The notes: generated by a model not told the origin, from the sequence alone. Positions 38,772 through 53,139 are shown, counted from the first letter of the whole stretch. The stretch: 55,145 nucleotides of DNA, filler included, from Bipalium vagum (GCA_037834085.1; 3 parts of 3 records of this genome joined end to end with filler, not necessarily neighbours in it), one strand, 5' to 3'. Numbers and translations are program-made.

Positions 38772-38871
38772 NNNNNNNNNNNNNNNNNNNNNNNNNNNNN
38801 NNNNNNNNNNNNNNNTTAATTAATTAANNNNNNNNNNNNNNNNNNNNNNNNNNNNNNNNNNNNNNNNNNNN
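38772..38871. other. Artificial scaffold spacer (N44-TTAATTAATTAA-N44)
   Basis: Same 100-nt structure as 21866-21965. Preceded by 15-bp AAATAATATAAAATA repeats. Confidence 0.95.
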
Positions 38872-39199
38872 TTATTTGAAGCAGTAAACAAATTTTTTGA
38901 TTATATACATATATTTTTTTTTAATCTAGTGAACAGTAATTTTTCATTTTTTAAGTACACGCTTTTTAAAAATCATTTTCGAACACGCAAAATTTTATTT
39001 ACACTACTATATTGAAACATTTTTTTATCTCTTCTTTCAGATCTTCTTCAGTCAATTTTATTCTTCTTCGATGTCTTTCTTCAAATGATATTACTATCAT
39101 GATTATATATAACCACACCGAATAAAATTTGTTTATTTTGCAATCATAATGTATCGTAACTTAGTAACTGATTAAAGAATGACTTTTAAAATTACTATT

Positions 39200-39278
39200 C
39201 AGAATTTTTTGGCGGATCTCTTGGCTAACTCTTGCAGGATCTCTGGGTTTCTGAGAAACCCCGATTGAAAATCACTGA
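39200..39278. mobile_element. hAT (Charlie-like) terminal fragment
   Basis: Ends in gaaaccccgattgaaaatcactg, whose reverse complement CAGTGATTTTCAA is a typical hAT terminus. Confidence 0.45.
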
Positions 39279-40504
39279 TATACTTATGACACAATATAAT
39301 ATTTTATTAAATATAATATTTTATATTTTATATATTATTTGTTGAAAGACTGAAAATTTCGCATTTCTTCTATTAAAACATATAGTTTTATTTTTTCAAA
39401 ATTTTCCATATAAAATCGATTAAGAGTATTTTATTTTATTTTCTTATTTTAATTTTAAAAAAATTCGAAATTTGAATTATTGCAATTTTTATTTTAAAAT
39501 TTAATTTTAATAAAAATTTTTAAACATTTCACGAAAAAAATTGTGATTAATATAAGAAGAAAAATTTATTGATTATTTGAATATTCCTCAAATTGAAAAA
39601 TTATTCATAAATATTTATTCTTAGAATTTTAGAAATAAATTTTAAATGTGGAAATTATGAAAAAAGTTTTTAATAAATATATATAAAATGACAAAAGATG
39701 AAAAATATTTTTGTATAATTTCGCTCAATTCTTTTGTTTTATTCTTTAAATATTTTATTCATTTTTTAAAAATGATCATTGCTGACCATTAGAATTATCA
39801 CAAAATAAATAAATAATATTAATTAAAATTTAATGAAATTATATAAAAATAAAATACACAACTTTCAAACACTAATAAAAGTAAGAAATAAAAAAGTATA
39901 AAATAAGCATTAATAGATTAATTTCTGTCATTTTTTCCCAGGAATATTAGAAAGTTTGAAAAATTATCATAAATTAATTGAAAGTGTCACGAAACGTTAG
40001 ACAGCCTTCGTTCTTCATTAAGGAGGGTTATTCAATATTGTGAAGGATGATGCTTTAGGGATATTATTTATTCTTACCACATTTTTATCAGAACTGCAAC
40101 TTCTTCAATTACTTTTCACTTATGATTTGCAACTTCTTGTTTGAAATGTTGTTTAAATATGAGTTTTAACGAACTAATATTTAAACAAATCAAACTTTTA
40201 TTAAAGTTGTCATTAATGATTTTAGCACTCATTTACTTCTTTTAATTCGAAGCTCAAATAACAAGAGTACTTACAACAAAAAGGTGAAACTTTGCTAATA
40301 AAAATTGTACATTGTTCTTTTATATATTTTGATGAAAATTTCATTTATTGAGTGTTTGTCTAATAATAACCCTTAATATAAAAATAATATAAGTAATAAT
40401 ATCTATTTTTCAGTTGTTAAAGGCAAAATCTTTTGAAGGTGTTACAATAAATTGAAAATGTAAAAATCATTAAATATTTATATTAACAATTAACGTATCC
40501 TGTT

Positions 40505-40672
40505 TTATCGTTATAAGCTGGTTACGTAGCAGTATAAAAGATTTAATTTCCTGACTAAAAAGATCTTATTAATGAGTGATATCTTATTAAAAAGTAGTAG
40601 CTTAATGAAAATTACATAAAAATTTTAAATCTGGTTAAGCCTCTATTAAACAATGGTAGCTTATAACGATAT
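40505..40672. mobile_element. Small MITE-like inverted-repeat element
   Basis: tatcgttataagct ... agcttataacgata, a 14-bp perfect inverted pair about 150 bp apart. Confidence 0.45.
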
Positions 40673-41279
40673 ACATTATTAATATAACAGTAAGTACCAT
40701 GGTTAGTCGAAATTTTTTCATTTTTTAGTTATGATAAGTATTTGCTTAACCACATCATTTAATTTTAGATGTACATAAATATTTTGTATCATTTTAAACC
40801 TATTGACAAGCTGAATCCATATACGCTTTAGAATACAATATTTCTAAACTCGATCAATTTATTTTATATTTAAGAAAGATTGATGAAAAGACAGTAGATC
40901 GAGTATTATTAAGACATTACTGGAAAAAAGTTTTGATAGTGACAGCTGCGACTCGAAAAATTTGCAACATGGAAGGCAAGGAAGCACAGTGCAATGGTGG
41001 TTTCATTGCTTCAAATTCAGAAACAAGTGTTGGAAATCAATCATGTTGGTATTGTATAATTATTACATAATATGTCAGATTTTAGAGAATTTGGTATTTT
41101 TTTCTTTTTAAATTCATCAAAAAAATTCTGATCTACACTACCAAAATTTTCTTCAATCAGGAAGATTTCAACTAATTTTGCTCTATTATCCTTAATTTCA
41201 TCATTGATGTTTTCATCGAATAGCTCAGCAGAATTATTAAGTTTATGATAACTAAACACTTCAGTTGATCATAAAAGTT

Positions 41280-42200
41280 AATGGACGTTTTCTTAAGCCC
41301 ATATTTTATTACAGACCATGGGACATCAATTGATATATTTCTTCATATGAAACTCGTTTTAAGCTAAAATTTTTGTATTCTATTTATAACCATTTATCGT
41401 CCAGATTTCCCATATACGAAGGTTACTTTTAAATGATCTAACACTCGCAACGTTTTTATTAGTCCACCGGGTATCATTGCAATAAGAACTTCGGAAGCAT
41501 TAAAATTAGATTTTATATCATCTGTAGGATGACTAGGTTCATTAGAAATAATTTTTTAAGAAGTATTTTTACGTTTCATTCATATAGTTTCACAAAATAG
41601 TGCCACAAAATAGTTTCAGTTGCAGTCATACATGATATTACATTTGTGGAGACAATTATATTTGAAAGAAAACAAGTTTCTGGAACTGTTTTACATAGAA
41701 ATATAATATAAGAAGGAAGTTTCCCACCATTGACTGTAACACAAAGAACTACTGTAAATCAATATCTTTCCGCTCCCAAAGTTGTTATACGGATATCATA
41801 CGAACCCTTTTGATCTATCGTAAATGTTGAAGGCATATAAAAGTGTATTGGAACTTCCTTCATGTTTCCAATTTGATAGAGTACATAGTTAGTTTTATTT
41901 TCAGTAAAAAAATTACTAATCTAAACGTTTTTTCTTCTTATTCTTCAGGTTACTTTTGTCCAACTGATGTAACAGCACGTATTGTTAAATTATTTCTTTT
42001 CATCAATTTTGAAATCCAAAAATGTGATCCTTTAGAATCATTCATTTTCGTTATTATTGCATATGCACGAGATTCTTGCAATATTCTCGTACATGACACT
42101 AAATGATTATATTATTGATCTTTAAAATCACACATTGGTCGTTGAATCAAGCGATGACCGTCTGGAAAATTTATCGTATATCAAAGAAGATTCAAGAATG
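41280..42200 (-). mobile_element. pogo/Tigger-family transposase remnant
   Basis: MPSTFTIDQKG, TTLGAEK..FTVVLCVTVNGGKLP and IPGGLIKTLRVLD..FK..LR.WE.W are pogo DDE_1 motifs. Confidence 0.8.
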
Positions 42201-42765
42201 AGGCACATGGAATTTCAATTTTTTTGCATCTGGTCTATTTAAGCTTGGGGCGAAACGGTCGAAAATAGATAATATGATCCATAGTGGAATCTTAATCAAT
42301 ATGAATGTGATTGCACAAAATCTTTCATATTTAAAATGACCTTGTGAAAACTTTCTCTTTTTTACTGAGGCTTTTATCATTGCAGATATAAAAGTTACAC
42401 AACGTAAATTTGGTAAATATTTCATTATTTGACTATCAGACATCTGATAAAGTCACTATGTCAATCCCAGATAACCGAAAAACTTATCTATTTCTTTAAA
42501 AAATTAATTTATCATAATAAACTTAAAACCACGATATAATAGCACAGGAGGACTGAAATTTTCAAAGGCAAGACCAAAGTCAGAATATTGACATCATTAA
42601 TAAAAAAAATAAGTTGTGATGTTGAAATTATTAATACAGAAATTGTGAAACCTATCAATGTTTCGCTCCACTGGGACCGAACATTTTGCTCAAAATATAG
42701 AGATTTCCAAATTAACAAGTTTCAGTATATAATAATAATAAATTATTATAGTAATATTATTATTA

Positions 42766-43247
42766 CAGGGTGTCTCAAAAAACTGCACACACACTTCATT
42801 GGTAGTGTGAACTAACCTCGGTATGAAACAGAATCTTTTGAGATTCCTAGCTCAAGACTTGCTTGTCTCACAGATTTTTGTGGACTTCAATTAAACAATT
42901 TCAGTATTCTTTCTTCTTATGTTGTACTTGCCGATGCTCTCCGTCTTGCAGAACGGGGCTTGTTGATATTATTAATAGTTCAATTTTTTTCGAATTTATT
43001 CTTTATTCGACTGATTGTCAGTCTTGTTGGAGGATCTATCTGAAATTCTTTCTCTTTTATTTTTTATAAAAATTTTTAGTTGCTCAAAGTTCAACCTACC
43101 TTTCAACCTTTAAGAATAAATTTATAGGTTTAAAATAGCGCTAATTTCTTACCAATTATTGGAGTATTTAAACAAACTATAAGTAATAAAGACTTATAAT
43201 TACATAACGATTTATATTTAAAGTGTGTATACATTTTTTGAGACACT
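42766..43247 (-). mobile_element. Internally deleted Tc1/mariner-superfamily element (maT/rosa-like) with TIRs
   Basis: TIRs cagggtgtctcaaaaaactgcacacacactt / aagtgtgtatacattttttgagacac. Internal PTRLTISRI..KFEK and SPQKSVRQASLELGISK. Confidence 0.8.
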
Positions 43248-44405
43248 ATTTTTATTTATTATTATTAAATATTATTATTAATTATAAAAATTATTATCAT
43301 TATTTTTATTAAGAAATAAAAATGATCGAAACTAAATTTACTTAAATTAGACATTGTTTAAAATTAACATATAAAGAATTTTTTCTGATTATATTTAATT
43401 AAAATATTTGTTTAATTTTATTTATCAGTTTCCATATATTTTCTAATAGAGTTCTAAACTGTCACTCATAGTTCTAAATAAAATTTATTAAGGATAATAA
43501 TTTTTTTCAGACATTTATTTACAAAATTTAAGCCTAACTTTGTGACAATCACCAAATGGAAAAGGGATAATATTTATTTATTTACTTATTTTATGAGACA
43601 GGGAAAAATTACTGGAATAATAAATATATATATCACAAATGAAGAAAAGAATTAATATAATTTTATCAATCTCGATTTGACTGAACTCAAACACGAATTC
43701 TGATTTCTGATATCAATTTTTAGGTGTCGTGAAAATGAATTATTTATAATGAAATTTATGAGGATGATTATAATTTTTTGAAAGGAAATATTATATTATA
43801 TTTTTATTAATCTAAGATATTTGGTATTTAATTTATACTATTTCAATTCATTAAATAAGTAATTAGGTGATTTAACTTTTTGTTTAAATCAATTAATTTA
43901 AGTTAAAATTGATTTATTACATTTATTCAATTTTAACTTAACCTGTCATATTTGTTAATAACAAGATAATACCAAAGAAAATTAATATTTTAGTAATTCT
44001 GATGATTTAAGCAAATCCTTTTTGAAATGGACCTCCCATATTATTATCTTATTTAAATTATTTACTTCGCAAAAATTTATCACCATTTATTAGGGTGAAT
44101 TTTTATGACCTATTTATCTGCAATTTATATATTAAAATTTTGACTAAAAATATTTGATGACCATCAAGATCTGTAACAATTCAGATTGTCATATATTTAA
44201 ATTGAAATTTTTAAAATCATTATTATTAAAAGAATTGATTTGTGCTTTTAGGTTCGAAATCTCAAGAAAAATTATTGCTTTAACAGTTTTAAATCCAGTT
44301 CTAAACACCGAAATAACGCATGAACTAATAAAAATTTTAAAGAAATAAAATGATTATTGAAAAATTGTGAAAAATGTCAGTGTGAGATAAATTGAAAGTT
44401 AGTCG

Positions 44406-44478
44406 GGGGATGAATCTCAGCAGTCAGAGTAGTCCATGCGCATGTGAAGTGTCCCGGGTTCGAATCTCCGTATCTCCG
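44406..44478 (+). pseudogene. tRNA-Ala(CGC)-derived pseudogene or SINE head
   Basis: GGGGATG...CGCATGTGA..GTCCCGGGTTCGAATC.CCG.ATCTCC aligns to eukaryotic tRNA-Ala. The B-box is intact, while the D and anticodon stems are mismatched. Confidence 0.7.
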
Positions 44479-45589
44479 AATAATTTTCAACTAACATTCA
44501 GAATCAAATGGAGTTTATGAAAACCAAGAGTCATGTAGACGGATCTAAATGGAAATGTCTGAAGAAATTATACATGAACTACAATAATTCCGTCAGTATC
44601 CAATATGGTTCTTTTTCTGTGGATTGTGGTTATTGCACTTAATCGATTACAGACGTTTTCGAAAATTAAAGGGAAAATATTAGAGAAAGTAAATAAATAT
44701 GTTATATTGTCCTAAGTAAAGAAATGCTCAAATTGTGAAAGAATAATGAAAATAATGGTAACAAAATTATTTTTTTAGATTTCTTATACGATTAATTATC
44801 CGAAAAACAAAACATAAAAATAATTCCACATAAAAAAAGAATAATAAAATTTTTTAAAAAGTATTTCCGCAAAAGAAAGTTTTCTGCTTTAGTCCTTCAG
44901 TACCATTGGATAACCACAAATCCAAAAAATCAAAATCAAAAGAATTAGGTATCCGGTAGGTTTACCCAGATAAATGTATTTAATACATTAGAAAAAAACA
45001 AACAGTTTTTCATTAGATGATTTTTTCAGATAATTTAATTTCAAAAAATGTTTTTATTAACATACTTTATGTTGAAAATACAAAACTGAGAAAAACCGAA
45101 CGGTTAAGATCCACAAAAAAGGGTGTACCCACAACTCTAAATAATCAAATATAAGAATCCTTAAATTATCATTTCTTTTAATTCAAACAAACATTTGCAT
45201 TTAATTATTACATGGAGATTATTTTTAATTGATTTTTTCTCAAGAAAACAAATGTGATATCGATATTACAAGAGTTTTTATGAGGTAAATGAACTAGTTA
45301 TTTCACAATATTGTTAATTATTTTTGATAATAGTGATTATAATTAATTATTTACATTTTTATTATTTACAATTTCACTTTATTGTACGAAAATAATTAAT
45401 GTAGCTTTTCTGAACAGAAATTGTTTAATGAGAGTAGCTGGAAACTTTATCTTGCCATTAAAAGTGATATTATTATTTATATTTATATAATTTTTTACTT
45501 GTTACACTCAAGAATTTAGTAAAGCTTCATAATTTAATGTCATTGAATACGATTTATTAGTTTATTTCAATTATATATTTTTATTATAA

Positions 45590-45905
45590 TTATTTATTTT
45601 TATTATTTTTATTATTTTTATTATTTTTATGATTTTTTTAATTTTTATTATTTTTATTATTTTTACTATTTTTATTATTTTTACTATTTTTATTATTTTT
45701 ACTATTTTTATTTTCTTTATTATNNNNNNNNNNNNNNNNNNNNNNNNNNNNNNNNNNNNNNNNNNNNNNNNNNNNNNNNNNNNNNNNNNNNNNNNNNNNN
45801 NNNNNNNNNNNNNNNNNNNNNNNTTTTAGTATTTTTAGTATTTTTAGTATTTTTAGTATTTTTAGTATTTTTAGTATTTTTAGTATTTTTAGTATTTTTA
45901 GTATT
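45590..45905. repeat. 9-bp tandem repeat (TTTTTANTA)n spanning a gap
   Basis: TTTTTATTA and TTTTTACTA units before the gap, TTTTTAGTA units after it. Confidence 0.9.
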
Positions 45906-46789
45906 TTTATTTTATAATTATCATTAATTTATATATTTCCACAAGTATTCAAATACGAATTCATATACGCTTAATGAAATCAATAAGCAGCAAAAATTTC
46001 ATTTCATCATTATTTTTTCACTTTTTTATTTTTATTAACATTATTTATTACATCCACTACATCCATTAGAGTGGAAAAACTCTTCATCAGGTAAAACGAA
46101 AATAATACTTACTCTAATTCTTTACAAATAAAAATATATTAAATATAAATGAGAGATGAATGCTAACTCAAATTTTAATTTATAATTATATATTTAATAT
46201 AAAAATTTATTTAATTATTAATTATAATTATATAATGAAATTACTACTTACTATTTAAATATTGAAAAGATTTCGAAAATTCTCAAGCCTAAATTCTTCA
46301 ACGTCTCAAATACCATGATCCGTGGGTCCAGTGTATTGCACATACATATCACATTACATCTTCGTCATTAAAACTCACACTCCTACAGCTTCCTGTATTC
46401 TTATCATTAATGGTTAAAACAATTGAAATCGATTTTGGATTTTATAAACCATTGATTTTCTTTCAGTCACATATGATCATATTGTCTTACCAATCTTTAA
46501 TTTTCCTTTTTTTCTTTATTTTCATGTTCATTTATCAATGCACATTAAAACAATATTGATTGGTATTATTATATCAATAATAGCAATTATTTTTAATAAT
46601 TTCAGAGCTCCTGTTAAAGAAATAAAGTAAAAAAAATATTTTTTCACAAAAAAAGATTTTTAGATTTTATTTTAATTATTTTTTAATTTAATCTTTAATT
46701 TTAGTTTTTAATTTCTGATTTTAATATTAAATATTGTTTAAATTCATCTAATAAAATAAATTTTTTTTATTTGCCTGTCTATTTTCGTT

Positions 46790-47290
46790 AAAGATTTTGT
46801 GGTATGGAAATTCAAAACACGTGGAATTTCTTTCTGCAGTTGTGAAACAGTCGGAGTTAACAAATATTACTATAATTGTATCACAAATGTGTGAATAATG
46901 TATGATCAAGACAGACTTTACTCAGGAAATCATCGACTCAAACTACTTATGGGCACTTGTTAGCGATGTGAGAATGTTGCGACGAAGCCAAAGAATCGAG
47001 AGTGAATCTTTTCCATTACATCCTTTCAGTTAACAAAAGTCATAGGAATAAGCTGCTGGTTTGACACACACGACACAGTCCTGATATCGCTCCTAGTGGT
47101 TTCTTGGGAATCGCTTGAAAATAAATTTACGATTACAGAACGAGTCCAAAAAAGAATCCTATAAAACCAGTGCACGATATTTTTCAAAACGTTCTCCTTT
47201 CATTCATTAAATAGATGAACACAGTTCCTGGTACATAAATAACTTCTTTTGTGAAGCAACATAGTTCATTTGTTTTAAATAAAAAGATTT
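46790..47290 (+). mobile_element. Decayed mariner fragment
   Basis: HTRHSPDIAPSGFL near 47066-47107 is YSPDLAPSDF-like. Confidence 0.5.
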
Positions 47291-49892
47291 ATCTTATTAT
47301 CATTCACATTTATATACGATTCTAAGGACTTTCTATCCAGACCAGATAGGTGTATATGATTTATAATGATGCTAATTCTCAATTTTAGTTTAAAAATATG
47401 CAGATCTTTCTCCTTGTGTTAATTAATAACGAATTAAATATTGAAACAATTTCTCGATAATCTTCAACCACATGGCCTTGATTTTTGTTGAAATCCAATT
47501 AGACAATTGATTTAATCGATTTTGTCCGTCCTGCTTAATGATCTTACTGAAGATTAAAAGAAGTCTGTTTTAATATTCTCTCTGTCCGAATTAATTGTTC
47601 ACTTTCTTTTTATAGAGATCTCGATACGAATCAAGAATTATTTTAGTAACATTTTTCACTATTTTAAAGGTTAATTAATTGACTCTTGTTGATGATTTAT
47701 TAATAGTAACAAAAGTTACTATTTTAAAAATTTTCCGTTTCTTTACTTTGGTTTACGAAAATACGATTTTATCAACAAATGATATTGAAGATTTTGAGGA
47801 CTTTGGTCTAAATATGTTCATTCATCTTTTTCTTCCTAACACCCTCAAATCTACTTTTTTGAACAAATCAATCATTAATGATCGTCTTTATGTATTTTTT
47901 TTACTTTACATATATTATTTTTTGGTTTAACAATATTTTTACTTTCTTACAAAAACAACATTTTCAAGTTATCGCACGTACCCTATATTTGATCTCCTCT
48001 ATATAACACCTCAAAGTTTGTGTTATTTTTTATATGAATTTCCTTTTAATTATTTATATACAAACTAATTCAAATTAAAAATTTTATTTTTCATTCGTAA
48101 TATTAACATATATTGATTATTGTTTAACATTATTGATTAGCTTTAATTTTTATTATATTTTGTTTAAAATAAACATTTTTCTCAATTGATTAAGGATAAT
48201 TATTATTCAGAGACTTTTTCATTATTAATAAGTCCATTAATTAATATTTGTAAAAAAATCACAACCTGTTTAAATGAATTGATGTCTATCTATATGAAGA
48301 ATTATCGTTGAAAAACATTTTGTTTTATATGTGAATCCTATAAAAAGAAAAGAAACCCTAGGAACTTCCTTCAATACACTTATTTGAGAGTGAATTTGAA
48401 TGTTAATATAACTGAAGGGAGATTTGTTTATCTCTCTTCGCAATTATTTTTAAATTATGTTGACTTCCTTCTCCTCATAAATAGACATACCAGAAATATG
48501 TTTCCTTTCGTCTTTTATTAATTCACTTACGTATATTTTCATAATTGAATTTGATTTCTTGGGAAAGGATTATAATAATGGATCAATAAATTTTAATTAA
48601 CTTCAATATAATTATATAATTATTTTGATAATAAATTCATATTTATAATGTTTATTATCACTTATGTTTGTAATAATATTAATTTCATAAATTTATATTT
48701 AATATTTAATTATTTTAAATTTAATTTATTTATTTAACTTAAATTCATTCATTATAATTATTATTATTGATNNNNNNNNNNNNNNNNNNNNNNNNNNNNN
48801 NNNNNNNNNNNNNNNNNNNNNNNNNNNNNNNNNNNNNNNNNNNNNNNNNNNNNNNNNNNNNNNNNNNNNNNNNNNNNNNNNNNNNNNNNNNNNNNNNNNN
48901 NNNNNNNNNNNNNNNNNNNNNNNNNNNNNNNNNNNNNNNNNNNNNNNNNNNNNNNNNNNNNNNNNNNNNNNNNNNNNNNNNNNNNNNNNNNNNNNTTATT
49001 ATGTATTATTATCATTTTATATTTTATTTATCAAATATTTTATTAATAAAATGATTTTCCATATTTAACAGATTTTGATGAAGTATAATTCAAATTTCGG
49101 ACAGGGATGAATGAAATGTCAACATTTTCAAAATATTCATTTATTTGTTTTATCAGATCAAATGTCAAAATATCTTTAAAAAATTTTTCAGGGACATTTT
49201 TTCAAAAATTTTTTTATGATATGAAAAATATTATATAATGAACAATATTTTTTAATGATATATTATAATATTTTTTTAAATATAAAAATATTTTTTATTT
49301 TAATAAAAATAAGAGAACAATACAAAGATTATATAAATATCGAAAAAATTACAACATAAAAAATTGTAATTTTAATAAATAAGAAAAAATTAATAAAAAT
49401 TTATTGACTGTTCATTAACTTTGTGCAAAAAGATAAGGAATGATTAATGCATATTTTGTTTTATTCATTCGTTAAACTTTAAATATTGAAAATTAAATTA
49501 TGATTTTTTAAAAATATTATGAAAGAATAATTAAAATAAAAAGGTTTATAACTTTCTTTCTAGGAAATAATTAGTAGCACTTTTAAAATTATAATAAAAA
49601 GTTAAAGATTGTTTTAATGATTGCTTCATTTTATTTATTAAAATTAATTGAAATTAAATTGTATGAAAAGTTTCTTCTAATTTTAAACAACTCAAAACTT
49701 GTGTTTGTATTTCTCAAATAATTAAACAACTTTATAATACTTTTTTAATTATTTCAATTAAGTGCCCATTCTTGAATTATTGATTTTCTTAATTTTAAAT
49801 TAATTATTTTTAAAATATTGATTAAATAATTCACTGAATAATAAATAATAAAATTAATAATTGAAAATTAATTAATCATCCACTGAACTCAC

Positions 49893-50215
49893 TCTGGCAT
49901 CTTTGTTACAAAGGTCTGTACTCCTCTGTAGAGAGCATAATTGGTTTCTACGCAGCTGCTGTCCTCAGGCTCCAGCGTTTTCAAAGATTTGACAATGGGG
50001 TTCATATTCGGCAGGCTTCTGACTTTTTCCAGTGCTATTTTGATTGCTGGAATTGTCAATGGCCAGGGAAACATTGAAAAATTTTTCGGTAGCATTAGCA
50101 TAGCAAGTGGATATGTGCGATCCGGTCTCTTTATGGTACATAATTGACTTTCTGATTCCGATCGCAACTGATGATCACCAAACAAAAGTAAAATGATAAA
50201 GATTTCCCTATTCAT
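49893..50215 (-). CDS. First exon of a natriuretic peptide receptor / receptor guanylate cyclase-like protein (ANF-receptor ligand-binding domain)
   Basis: Signal-peptide-like MNREIFIILLLF, then MLMLP....FPW..TIPAIKIALEKV...EDSSC...MP, ending at a consensus donor GA|GTGAGT (phase 2). Confidence 0.7.
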
Positions 50216-51924
50216 TGAAGATTGAAAACAAATCTGAGATAATGGTAAAAGAATTCCATTTCAGTTTGTTTTATAAACGTCCAATCAGGTGTGACTGGTT
50301 TTATTTGTTTGAAACAATCAAATCGATTGATGCTCAATTAGCAAATTGGATTTAAGGAGAATTCTTTATTTGCTCGAGGATTCTCAGGGTTAAATTTGCA
50401 ATGAAAAACCACTTTTATCTCATTATATATAATGAAAAATACAAAATCATGTAAAATATTATCTCCACAATTAATTATCAAGAGTTTTCATGTCCTTCAT
50501 TTCTTTCTAAAACAAAAGCTGGAATTTACAAACAAATTAAAAATCACACCAAGGGATTTTCAATTCCTTTGAATTGACGTTTATTAATTTAATTAAAATT
50601 TTATAAACTTTCATTTGATGTGATATCACTTTTAAAATATCGATTCAGTTTCCCTTTGATTATGGGATGATATAGCAAATTTACTGAGGCAAAATGAAGT
50701 TTAACTTTACTTTGAAAATCAGAATACTTCAAAAAAGTCAATTGGACCTTTTCGAGTAAATTGATACCTTCTGCTGAAGTTGGAACGATCTCAAAAACTT
50801 CAACATCTACTTCTTGATTCTACACAAAAAAAATTTATGTGCCACAAAAACGTTCGTAATAACCGATTTAAATAACATATCATTCTTCGTCCAGGCGTTA
50901 TTGTCAGTATTTTTTCGCTATAGAAACATTTTGTAATATCTGGACTAGATTATACTTTACATTGAAATTTTTAATGAATTCAGTTTTACATTTAAATCTT
51001 AAAATTGTTCTAAAACTTAAATCAAAGTTAACTATATCATTCCAACTCAAATCCACCTCTTAATTATGGTTGGTGTAATAATCAGTCTAAGCAGAATAAA
51101 ATATATTTTATCGATTACAGTTACAAAAAACACTCAATCAAATCGAATAAACGAAAACAATAATCAATGTTCTGTATTAATCTTCGTACCGATTGACATT
51201 TGTTATATCCTTAACCAAGAACCAGAAAAACAAATTTTAATGTAAATATTGATTTAAAGAAACCAAAACACAAACTGGTTTAAAATCTATGAATGCCAAT
51301 TCTTCTAAAATAATAAGATTAATTAACTTACAAATCCATTGTCTTATGTAGTTCATAATAGTCAAATGAAGTAATAAGAAACACAAAAATTAGCATAAAA
51401 ATATTATTCATAAACAACGAGGCAATGGATCTCTGGATCGTCAGCTAAGCACTGCTTGAATAAATATTGTAACAAATTCTTGATCAAATGTTCACTAAAT
51501 GTCCAAAATTAAAATCTTCAGATCTCGATCAACTTTCATTGACATTCTTGAATAAATCAAATTTTCAATAATAGTTCTGGACAAGTGCTTAACAAATCTG
51601 ACAATATTCTGTTGCGTCGATTTTTATTATATTTTTATTTCTCTTGTCAATTTTTGGAAGGCTTCATGTTCTTTTATAGGGATTTGTCAGTAAGTCGACC
51701 TATGTGATCGTTGACTGATGGGAATTGTAGAAAAAACAATCTATTTTCCATGATTTTACTCTAATTCCCTATGTACCAGATTATTTCAAAAAATAATCAT
51801 TACTTCAAACGCAATCTCCTTGCGGATGTATCCTAAAAAATAGTAAGATTTTATTATTAGTATTATTTATTTATTACAGAGAATATTTTATCTATCAAAC
51901 GTATTATTGAAATTATGGTAATTA

Positions 51925-53139
51925 CGAGAGTTGTCTTTTAAGCTTTGCATACAGAAATAAAAATAAGACAAAAAAACTGAAAATATTGTACTGCATTTCA
52001 AATATTCTCCACAAAGATTTAAACACTTCCATTCGTTGAAACCAATTGTTTAAGCAGTTATTCCACTCACAAAAAATTTCCAATTTGAACATGTCATTGT
52101 ATCTTCTGGTGACTTGAACCGTTGGCCACGAGGTTTATTCCTGATGTTTGGAAATGTGAAAAGGTCTTTAGAACTTAGGTTGAGACGGTATGGTGGATGA
52201 CTCAATAATTTTATATTTTGTGATAATAAAAAATCTCTTCTTGCTAGCGCTGTATGTGAACTAGCATTGTCGTGATGAAGAATGATTTTCCATGTCATGT
52301 TTGTTCTTCGAAAAACTGAAATATTTTCTGGCAAACATATTGTTGTATACCATTGTTCATTAACCGTTTTTTGATTTGATAACGAATTTTAGCGACATGT
52401 CCTGCTTTTGAGACAAACGTTTTGATCATTTGCTTTGAAACACTGCGAGAGCGGTTAACTTTTGTCGGATTCTCCTCAGATTTGAACACCCAAACACAAG
52501 ATTGATTTTTCTTTTCAGGATCGTATGAACAAATCCATGATTCGTCACTACTGTAAACATTTTTTGAGCTTCCGTTGTTGAATCTATTCAAGATTTTCGG
52601 CACTAGTTGACTCGAGTTACTTTTTGTTTATCCATTTGAAGATGTGGGATTCAATGGGAAACTCACTTCCTGGAAAATCAGTTTCTCGTGCAGGATCTTA
52701 TGCAATGAAGTTTTTGAAATGCCCAACTAACACTACATCTCACTATATGTTCCTTGTCAATCTTCCATGATGAACTGACGTGCAGAATCCATTTTTTCCC
52801 GAGTAATTTCTGTACTTGTTACACTAGTTCTCCGCTCATCAGTCAGACTAGAGCGTCCACGTTGGTAATCGCGGTTCCAGTGGGAGATTGTGGGTGCTTC
52901 ATCTCCAAGAACAGATGTCATTTCGGATCGACATTTTTTCGAAGATAATCCTCTTCGAAGATGGTATATGAATATTGATCTTACTTTTTCTCTCGTGAAT
53001 TCAATTTTTTTCATTGATTATAAGACTTTGATATATTTAAACAAAATTTATAATTCTTAGTATCTAAATATAGAAGTTTAATATATATTTTATTATTGTA
53101 GGCTTTTATGCACCCATATGCAAAACTTGACAGCCCTCG
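51925..53139 (-). mobile_element. Near full-length degenerate mariner (DD34D)
   Basis: TA-flanked TIRs (cgagagttgtc / gacagccctcg). LGDEAP..RGRSSLTDE, DESWICSYDPEKK.QS.VW..PTKV.RSRS..KQM and ILHHDNASSH..HPPY. Confidence 0.9.

Noticed and set aside
5122-50215. piwi-TOM70-onecut-receptor cyclase as a functional gene cluster
   Set aside because: The functions are unrelated and the genes are separated by artificial joins; only piwi-TOM70 linkage is contiguous.
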